The translations under genes and the position numbers were made by a program. This document shows, piece after piece, positions 16,401-20,998 of a DNA stretch of 32,000 nt. Each line of letters begins with the position of its first letter. Position 1 is the stretch's first letter. This DNA comes from Candidatus Saccharimonadota bacterium (GTDB lineage Bacteria > Patescibacteriota > Patescibacteriia > 2-12-FULL-60-25). Below the pieces are notes generated by a model. The model made no database searches and was not told the origin of the DNA. It was given only the letters and a program-made list of their open reading frames with translations. Location: positions 540,001 to 572,000 of the forward strand of contig JALHOH010000001.1 of assembly GCA_022843095.1 (NCBI GenBank), in the 5' to 3' direction.

Positions 16401-18862
16401 TCGCACATGATGAATCGGGGAGTCGGTGGATCAATCCGACCCCTGGATCGGCAAATATCTCCTTGTGTCTTGGAGCGATACCGATGAACAAGGCGCAATT
16501 ACAGGGCGGATATCCAGGATATGGGACGGGGAATTGTACATTAGGGGGTGGATCAGGATGTCCGGGGCCTCATCTATATGGTCCGGTGGGAAGTCTTTCC
16601 GGAAGATTAGTGGCTACGGTGTGGAATAGTGACGCTTCTCGACCGGGGTTATGGCCAAGGAATTTCACCTACCAGTACGACACGATTCCAGGATCTAATC
16701 CGCCGCAGCCCATCTGTCAGACCGGGGCGGGAGGAGCTCAGGTTCCGCCAACGGATGAGCAGCGGGATGCGGGATTCACCTGCGCGCCGCAAAACTGGCG
16801 ACGAGTAGACCTAGACAACCGCCTGCCGTTCTTGCGCCATCGGGATGAGCTCATTCGGGCACCGGGAGTTGGGGAAGCTGGGAAGGGGAAGCCTAACGCG
16901 TCAAATATTCGTACAGCAGTTACACGTGCTCCTCTGACGAGTACTGATAACAATGGAACGGATGACGGCAACTTCTACCTGAACCTTGCAAAATGTGAAG
17001 CTGTGGACGACATGGCAAAGGTGATGGAAGCGCCGAGCGTCGAAGGATTTAACAAATCAGGTTCTATCCTTGCGACGGACGGAGGGACATCGAATCATTA
17101 CGGTCGTTGTGCAGGTGGGGTAAACGAAGGAAGATTATGCCGCGTTTCGGATAATGCAACCGTTTCGGGCGGGTCCGCGACACAGCGATTTGTTCCTTCA
17201 GTAAGTACGGAGAGCCCCTACTCCTGTGATGTCCCGAATGCGACGCCGCAAGAACGAACGGGATCGTGTGTGAACGTAACGGATGTCAGTAACACATCGA
17301 TTCGTGCACGATGCTTTGCCCCGGGAACGAGTCCGACGGCAGCGCAAGCGTCGGATCCAGAGTTCAACTTCTGTCTGCGTCCAGCCGGATACACGCCGCG
17401 GATTGATCTGTGCGCCAATCCGGAAGATGAGTACTGTGGATTGTTCGCCTTCAATCCCGCAAGTCGCGAATCGTATGATCCGCGTGGAACGGCACCGCTT
17501 CCGACGGACGTGACGGTCGGGCACTACACGCCGCTGTTCCTTGGAAATACCGACTTTGCCGCAAAGGATTATCGACATGTGGCGTACTACACGCCTAAGC
17601 CTCCACGCATCGCCGCTCCGGATATCCGGAACTGTGCATCGCCGGGGCAATGTCCGATCCTGAGTCTGGACAAATTCTCCTTGGATGGTTCGACGGAAGG
17701 GGTGACGACAGTGGTGGGCGGTCAGCATAAATCGACGGTGCGGTTTTATGCCTGGGCCGCGCACGATCAAATGCCGCTTCGTCGTCTCGTGATGGATTGG
17801 GGGGATGGGAAGCGTCTGGAATTGCCGGACGCCAAACTCAAGAACCACAAGCCATTCTGCGGCGTTCAAAAGGAATGTTGGTTGGATCCCGTCCGTGGTC
17901 ATACCGGTCTTACCTGCAGCACGGATGTGGATTGTCCGCCGGGTGGAGGAACCTGTCAGCCGATCGGAACCTGTGCACGTCGACCACATGTGAGTTGTCG
18001 CATGGATGACGATTGTACGGAGGGGGTTGGTCCGACGGCGCAACGGGATACCTGTAAAGTCCGCACGTTCTTTGGCAACAACGCAGACGCCTGTGAAGAC
18101 AACTACTTCGAGTTCACCCATGCATATTCCTGCACGGCGCGCTCGGCGAGTTTGCTTCCACGGTGTGACGCGCCAGAGAATACGGCGACCGTTCCTTCGG
18201 ATGTCCAGGCTGGACGCTGTTACTTCGGGGCGCAGGATCAGTTCTTCATGGACGGACCGTTCTCGGGCGGACGTCCGGCTTGTACCACAAATGACGACTG
18301 TGGCCGGTTGTACTCCAATAATGGAGGACCGGATCAGCCGTCGGACGTGGGGGTGATCTGTGGGGTGCCAACCACCGCCGGTCGACCAGCAACGCCGATC
18401 CTTGGCCGCTGTTCGCGAGATACCTCGCGCGCCTGCGATCCGAGCCGACCTGCGACGACGCAATGCGCTGCAGGAGACAGCTGTGTCGCCACCATCCTTG
18501 CACCGCCAGGAGGGTGCTGGGACGCCACGGCGCAGTCCTGTCGCTTCACTCCACGCATAATCCTCGAAGACAACTGGGGATGGTGTACGGGGGAATGTCG
18601 TGACACGCTCGCCGGAGGAAACGTCGTAAACTCCGCCAGCGCATCCGTCCGCCATCCGAACGGCGGATGCTATGCGGGGCAGCCGCTCTTGGCGACGAGC
18701 GATGAATCGAAGGTGAAGAGAAATAATCTGTTAGGTGCTTCAAGTGGAAGTGAGTTGGTACCGATCAGAAGTCAATGTGAAGCGGTAAATCCTAACCCAG
18801 ATCTTCCAAGTAATCGTCCTTGGATGGTCTATCAAGGATCCCTGCTCTTGCGAGCACGGTAG
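7406..18862 (+). CDS. Giant secreted cysteine-rich surface protein (3818 aa) with jelly-roll CBM-like and PKD-like modules
   Basis: An uninterrupted 11,457-nt ORF. It has a Sec-type signal peptide (MLRALQRFFRTGLVTVVLATLVASPLTVAAQA). Two modules resemble CBM_4_9: one opens with NLVPNSSFENL, and the other contains YQVTFYAKAV...VVFLDEVNV. A DWGDG PKD-like segment lies near the C-terminus. Cysteines are dense throughout and there is no C-terminal TM. Confidence 0.85.
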   Translation: MLRALQRFFRTGLVTVVLATLVASPLTVAAQASQTGAPINLPATGAGFPVVLVGGDLHRLAENAYGSVWTNITRAVLVAFFNGAQLFFGQLAYDAANAIATAGTGQQPVFYKKGFDNYIRDVAADAAGDFMGSLSNEQFFRTLGFNLCRPSTGDRGLLRIQMSLGNFFPGLQGRFERPRPRCEWQQVVSNWNTFGTTLSQTDVFKAVDFSFNPNANDIGIATGIFNFSAASVQEKLTAQLLQRQEGRGIRSVSNIITGDIRTPADLVRESTAESVIRQPNATQRELVGAVFTTGMQQGALQLLQYTASMFVNTLASKLMRRVFETGVAGNIDLPRSVASPDVITTAGKTDVRNANIDLRTPNLFRVATFDAMADLVACPENSRGTWNCVMDQSLAQALQKQGEQGAMTIREAMERNYLHGDWRLIPSTKVRENTDPLCHTYAYCAGNLAKLRMLRVLPVGLEFAANSPENISRCASAQGCVTLREVVQGFQDCENGARSASKQWCHLVDPNWVITLPQQQCAMKGYSDVLLTSQLGQRKEECSDVQTCLKRNDRGECVGGYGYCVAEKTVYRFGADECPAQFNSCRQYKSRSGATVGYLRTTLDFGQCSAENAGCMWYATERVATTAGAWVGTTTTGPRVYLDKTMESCSAQDDGCTQVRRVAIGEPALNLVPNSSFENLTTDTPAQQSAWRWSAGGVDVTRAYREPVVASGPTFVHGTKAQELTTESEVAYQLLRVGGERVYTLSAYIRAKNAARTATFRAVLNEHEDVSGTDAIRRDDGGPMGRLYRSPGCTVSAVDRTARIGVDNGTGAYDSWTRVQCSFLTTSSTRAGTLSLLGRDMLVDAVELEESEFPTEYVESMAEDLAVTHIKLPPEELRCTGAAGEPGACANFARVCRQADAGCDQYTDRETTEQVNAVATTNDLCPATCAGYAEYRKMASSFDLVRDLDGRFDDPEDASSTFMIPSRGELCRAEEVGCEEFTNVESAGTGGEQKAYFTYTRSCRKPGPDATTYFTWEGSDVAGYQLRSYSLVRADAGTAPRIVIKRQPGDLYYKEPTECNARSWARQDDPDCRQFYDANGTTYYRYLSQTVLSTPACQTFRLAITNRADCEKTDGQYNAGANECLYQVFVPESQSCRAQAAGCRAYAGARAGNAQSLLSQTFRSATGTFVGGRLSNESLIFGDQSLRVDVAAGREAEAAVPVLGTNENELYQVTFYAKAVNPATVEVRAVNRDGGSENNLINTVSLSPDWQRFTVGPFKGIMGEATTTLAFRVTSRPAGQVVFLDEVNVVGLQDVVYALEDSWTVPAECNRTQSGAELPQAMLGCRAYTNRNNQEVHLKSFSRLCRANAVGCTAFIDTRNSASPYAQSFTRGDSPAGSLGYPTATTTRLGDRYVYVIDDPAKRCRAENASCRAFGKPVFTADRQNIQDFQTVYLKDDITKYEAGLCKPSELFCEEFEAKGGKEYFRDPQNHACEYRTDVQNVPGFAASTKYSGWFVKGTPATPCYPNLLVGGGSFNVALRGDRDYAGWGATCGQQYAECTEFRDTNDKDRLYPSGRPYYFLKNEKMDTQSCNGQVDPAKGCILMRDTTNQTVNYSTQASYKKFESAGSNNPVSPMNCSGGGEGCPTTRVCRGTITSFAAYNQTRGFGIGAPTVSSNQTYGSCTSDADCVATEVTNCAVVGAAEFGANPGETVCRTWRRTNGTCQAPVPFNDANLIVKAKIDRDCAQWLGCSTAETVLDPATNRYTDICTNLALCDETSKSENDIFCAHYVDRSSTTTEPIMTRGAFFDINRYVGRQVGLGQKDYTGYAIPNAFQVPDFQTRRVGVEASSEDREAEYKYRLALDYRLVAAVPIRNAKTNLAAGAVEGRLVYESRRNPGPDEAVIIRRDAAGDLGRRYPLLDLCRHVATGRVGYFNAKDIDPVLSKDINCYLPVRDTKSSPTAVDNLDFQNLYQKFALENPNADRELMRGYPGAECRANPESDSPFQASFVTGWNDSVVPPKATGKQRGYQAANTCEKGEDCSCTYKRVEYLGAVTSKFYNSLSENIPPGLCQGGPRDGQICLPESVYRAPSAADASTPEGQARAAAIAEANAKYTCGPLEGGGRCVPFSRVTLVRGIFGQCLERDVTRSLGDDQGNYPCLTWNPTPILFGDKDNFHYDPRTGYQPPQNSGQYYCLSQTRAPSSIRLNNTHFHATPYAGAISKLDYSEDYVRGNDICSLVLNTCTQNKPGSYLDDSSRRPEDTPNFNDCKEAAGFQRYQSTKEDASALRLINTGRYSDKSYTETFFKINPQRFTDLLQAGAAVGSERQDLATRDTTISYLKISAMGNPNGTGRLACGYQSDWVDGIESPDYGNEEQLKAAERQWREKFEQEFKGIIARGTEKFLATSDGNGAPFLLNCVDTADAGVSTSRDQKCFFKTWEVGYRAQSQRAFIAPYEINSSGEINRESILNTSTPAEDDDFTFERLRAEPYYASCDADKPYFSIRAVFQAKAKKNAGGNWITPTNTNAIETPWNLVGFWVTTCGGKANDYRWMYVHVDVNAADTCRELAEVRSKDSRDNAAFTDRVWKESGFVVPELGIQYGERYAPFSSALNVKPAGKDPLFMTGGEYVSLSSQDASFIGSGYRTFFNQKGAGVPPRDQWANLSNLFARIYRVYQFNEQPITASDKICVNQGRLAGKKCDTNTQCQIQGQCQQSAITETERKSLKFCNALSGINAGLPCNATSDQNDLCHQAPLARDSASGDYQPLREACKVNLAAGWSKAGNGYTNARLTGEDARRTFETRDAASRGAFVCDSGSLRAGQPCSAEATESTQCPTKVTGKCVKPNVYCLNSLRGGSKYTGSVTFEQGRCSITGSSKAIAALKAERQPDLIPVPSEVSARLGIRCAAGETPYYSFDDLTLSVWQNGSEIQYRQQHNLVGAEHAGCFQDTDCNFDEWNMWSTENVPYLKRNTGASERSAANDRFYTEDVGGYLWGPIYSVRSAVNRERTELPGQPSALRTCLVAHDESGSRWINPTPGSANISLCLGAIPMNKAQLQGGYPGYGTGNCTLGGGSGCPGPHLYGPVGSLSGRLVATVWNSDASRPGLWPRNFTYQYDTIPGSNPPQPICQTGAGGAQVPPTDEQRDAGFTCAPQNWRRVDLDNRLPFLRHRDELIRAPGVGEAGKGKPNASNIRTAVTRAPLTSTDNNGTDDGNFYLNLAKCEAVDDMAKVMEAPSVEGFNKSGSILATDGGTSNHYGRCAGGVNEGRLCRVSDNATVSGGSATQRFVPSVSTESPYSCDVPNATPQERTGSCVNVTDVSNTSIRARCFAPGTSPTAAQASDPEFNFCLRPAGYTPRIDLCANPEDEYCGLFAFNPASRESYDPRGTAPLPTDVTVGHYTPLFLGNTDFAAKDYRHVAYYTPKPPRIAAPDIRNCASPGQCPILSLDKFSLDGSTEGVTTVVGGQHKSTVRFYAWAAHDQMPLRRLVMDWGDGKRLELPDAKLKNHKPFCGVQKECWLDPVRGHTGLTCSTDVDCPPGGGTCQPIGTCARRPHVSCRMDDDCTEGVGPTAQRDTCKVRTFFGNNADACEDNYFEFTHAYSCTARSASLLPRCDAPENTATVPSDVQAGRCYFGAQDQFFMDGPFSGGRPACTTNDDCGRLYSNNGGPDQPSDVGVICGVPTTAGRPATPILGRCSRDTSRACDPSRPATTQCAAGDSCVATILAPPGGCWDATAQSCRFTPRIILEDNWGWCTGECRDTLAGGNVVNSASASVRHPNGGCYAGQPLLATSDESKVKRNNLLGASSGSELVPIRSQCEAVNPNPDLPSNRPWMVYQGSLLLRAR
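9137..12031 (+). repeat. Protein-level repeats of a C-x6-C-x2-[FY] cysteine motif inside the giant ORF
   Basis: At least ten copies are readable: CPAQFNSCRQY, CSAENAGCMWY, CRQADAGCDQY, CRAEEVGCEEF, CRAQAAGCRAY, CRANAVGCTAF, CRAENASCRAF, CKPSELFCEEF, CGQQYAECTEF and the variant CSAQDDGCTQV. Confidence 0.6.
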
Positions 18863-18900
18863 GAAACATAAACACCCCATGCACGGGGTGTTTATGTTTC
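18863..18900 (+). terminator. Perfect 16-bp palindromic hairpin immediately after the giant ORF stop
   Basis: gaaacataaacacccc (18863-18878), loop atgcac, then ggggtgtttatgtttc (18885-18900). It starts 1 nt after the TAG stop. The 3' arm is T-rich, but there is no clean T run after it. Confidence 0.6.
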
Positions 18901-18922
18901 GTAACTCTCATTTCTGATCAAC

Positions 18923-18951
18923 AAAAAACCCGACCTGTCGAGAAGGTCGGG
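18923..18951 (-). terminator. Rho-independent terminator of the island lipoprotein gene
   Basis: cccgacc (18929-18935) pairs with ggtcggg (18945-18951), and the hairpin is followed on the - strand by a T run (aaaaaa at 18923-18928 on the + strand). It lies 22 nt from the stop at 18973. Confidence 0.7.
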
Positions 18952-18972
18952 GTGTGTCGGAACAAGGAGGGG

Positions 18973-19728
18973 TCAGCGCCGAGCGCCGAGCCAGGCCATG
19001 CGATGCATGACGTCTGGGATGGCGCCAGGGCTCATCGGGTCCGTTCCTACGGAGTAGTTCCGGATCGTCACGGCATAGCCGGTTGCATCCACCTCCCACA
19101 CGGAGGTCCTGAGCATGTTTCCCATCTGTTGGGAAAGTCCGACATTGCAGTAGACCTTGCGACCCACGCAGGCGCAACCGTTTTCTCCGCCCGGCACTGT
19201 CCAGCCGAATTGGAGTACGCCACTGAGTGTACCGACACTGAGCGCAACAGTTTCTCGCCCCATGTACGACCATCGTCCGCCGATCAACGTCTCTTCGACG
19301 TCGCAGGGCGCGGCCATGATGCCACGAGGAAGGTGTGGCGAGCAACGAGTGCCCGCGACCGGATCGCAGCTCATCGCAGCGCGGCAGCTGGCCTCCAGAT
19401 CTGCCATCTCGCAAAGTCGAGGAAGTTCGCTGACCGGCATCACCGGGCAGCTGCAGGTTGCGGCGCCGCGGCAGAGCGGATTATCGGGGTTCTGGTAGGC
19501 CACACAGGTGCCGCCCATCATCCCGCTGTCCATTCGGGCGTCAGGCCCGGGCTGAACCACGTCGGGTCCAGGGGTCGTCATGCCGTCGGGCTCGCCACCG
19601 GCGTCCGCCATCATCATGGCGTCCGGTCCGGGGGTCGTGCCTTCGTCAGGCATGTTCATGGGCTGGCCACAAGCTCCGGAGAGGAGGGCCAGCCCAAGAA
19701 GCGCGAAAAACACAAACCATCGCTTCAT
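18973..19728 (-). CDS. Secreted, probably lipidated, Cys-rich hypothetical protein
   Basis: Signal peptide ending in a lipobox-like LLSGAC (MKRWFVFFALLGLALLSGACGQP). A low-complexity PD/AG/MM linker is followed by a Cys-rich domain. A canonical SD, AAGGAGAG, lies 5 nt upstream of the ATG. GC3 is high. Confidence 0.7.
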   Translation of the reverse strand: MKRWFVFFALLGLALLSGACGQPMNMPDEGTTPGPDAMMMADAGGEPDGMTTPGPDVVQPGPDARMDSGMMGGTCVAYQNPDNPLCRGAATCSCPVMPVSELPRLCEMADLEASCRAAMSCDPVAGTRCSPHLPRGIMAAPCDVEETLIGGRWSYMGRETVALSVGTLSGVLQFGWTVPGGENGCACVGRKVYCNVGLSQQMGNMLRTSVWEVDATGYAVTIRNYSVGTDPMSPGAIPDVMHRMAWLGARR

Positions 19729-19850
19729 TGGGTCTCTCCTTGTTCAGTTGTGAGGTGCTCCTCAACAACCACGTTTCTAGTGTATCGAACGGCTAAAACC
19801 TAAGCAAAGGGATGTGGATAAGTCAAGGGAGGGGGGAGGTTCACATGTAT

Positions 19851-19880
19851 AAAAAAATCCCCTCGGAAGATTCCGAGGGG
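19851..19880 (-). terminator. Rho-independent terminator of the 19902..20789 gene
   Basis: cccctcgg (19859-19866) pairs with ccgagggg (19873-19880) around loop aagatt. The hairpin is followed on the - strand by a T run (aaaaaaa at 19851-19857 on the + strand). Confidence 0.75.
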
Positions 19881-19901
19881 GTGCGCGAGGACCGCGCGAC
19901 T

Positions 19902-20789
19902 TCAGCTCTGCTGCTTCGCGTCCGTCCCTGCGCTCCGAATCTGGAGCTTCTTCTGGGCGAGCGGGAAGATCTCGCTGTAGGGCGTCATCATGACACCCAT
20001 AACGTCGCTCGCGTCCAGCTTCCGCTCCACGCCGTGCTCGAGCGGCTTGGCGATGGCGCGGCAGAAGGCGCGCTTCCCGAGGTCGACGATCGTGTCGGCC
20101 TGGTCCTTCTTGAACTTGCAGCTGTCCACGAACTCGTGGGCCGTCGGCAGGACGGGGATCGGCTCGATGCCGAGGTCGCGCGCCGCCGCCTCGACCCCGA
20201 CGATGAAGTGCTTGCGCACCTCCGAGTTGGCCAGCCGACCGCGCGACGTCGTCGGCGCTTCCTTGGTCGTGACCGGCCACTGCATGGTCCGGACGCGGTC
20301 GCGAAACGACTTCTTCCACACCTTGTCCTTGAGCAGATCGCCGGGATCCTGGTGCACGAGGAGGAGGACGAGAAGAGCCTCGCCCCTCATCACCTGGGTC
20401 AGCTCCGTCTGGTGCGCCGAGGAGAGCTTTTCGGCGTCCAGAACCACGACGATGGGGCGCGGATCCGCAGTCTCCAAGCGGTTGAGGGTGCCCGCGTCCT
20501 TCGCGTAGATCGTCTCGACCGATCGCTGCAGGAACTGTCCCAGCAGCACGAGCCCGTTCTTCACGTTCACGAGCTCCTCCGGCGTGCAGTGGAGCGCCGT
20601 CATCTCGTGGCGGAACTCGGGGCGATTGAGCCTGTCCGCGAGACCCTTGCAGGTCATCACCTGCGGCAGGGTCAGGCAGTACTTCTCCGCCTCGCGACGT
20701 CGCTCCTCGTTCCCGGACTTGGGCTTCGACGCCACATCCGCCAGAACATCCGTCGCCATCGTTCCCATCGTCGTTGCCTGGATCGTCAT
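19902..20789 (-). CDS. Hypothetical protein, high-GC island gene (about 295 aa, family not recognised)
   Basis: This is the only frame in the region with balanced amino-acid composition and near-saturated G/C at third codon positions. I prefer the ATG at 20789 (MTIQATTMGT...) over the TTG at 20840. It contains a Walker-B-like PIVVVLDAEKL segment but no Walker A motif. Confidence 0.55.
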   Translation of the reverse strand: MTIQATTMGTMATDVLADVASKPKSGNEERRREAEKYCLTLPQVMTCKGLADRLNRPEFRHEMTALHCTPEELVNVKNGLVLLGQFLQRSVETIYAKDAGTLNRLETADPRPIVVVLDAEKLSSAHQTELTQVMRGEALLVLLLVHQDPGDLLKDKVWKKSFRDRVRTMQWPVTTKEAPTTSRGRLANSEVRKHFIVGVEAAARDLGIEPIPVLPTAHEFVDSCKFKKDQADTIVDLGKRAFCRAIAKPLEHGVERKLDASDVMGVMMTPYSEIFPLAQKKLQIRSAGTDAKQQS

Positions 20790-20953
20790 TTCCTTGTTCA
20801 CCTGTCTTGAAAGAACCACCACGTTGGAGCCCGTCTCCAACCACCGGCTTTTTGGGAAAAGCGTTGGTTACCATACGGATTTTACGCAGAATTGTCAAGT
20901 ATCTGTGTGCACGGCTTGACCCCCCGGTGCTTCGCGCGTATCCTTGCACTATT

Positions 20954-20998
20954 GACCTGTTCTGGATGGACAGGTCTTTCTTTTTCCTCATTTTTTCT
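20954..20998 (+). promoter_or_regulatory. Terminator-like hairpin plus T tract abutting the nusA start codon (candidate attenuator)
   Basis: gacctgt (20954-20960) pairs with acaggtc (20970-20976) around a 9-nt loop. It is followed by tttctttttcctcattttttct, which runs straight into the ATG at 20999. Confidence 0.35.

Larger units (their letters stand above)
18905..20850. other. Compositionally foreign high-GC two-gene island with no mobility gene
   Basis: Hand counts give 39 of 60 G+C at 18961-19020, against 27 of 60 at 22321-22380 and 29 of 60 at 12001-12060. Both genes are on the - strand, opposite to the flanking genes. Nearly every minus-strand third codon position is G or C. Confidence 0.6.

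Noticed and set aside
17198-18655. 485-aa ORF on the - strand inside the 3' part of the giant gene
   Set aside because: Its composition is Arg-rich and low in complexity, typical of an antisense frame through GC-rich coding DNA. It overlaps the continuous + strand ORF, which has a coherent domain-like sequence.
20774-20998. N-terminal extensions offered by the ORF track for nusA (20774), hsp20 (6654), trxA (TTG 1382), uppP (30479), the 26063 start and the TTG at 20840
   Set aside because: The extensions have non-protein-like composition, cross terminators or the island boundary, or use TTG starts. In each case a downstream ATG begins the conserved family N-terminus.
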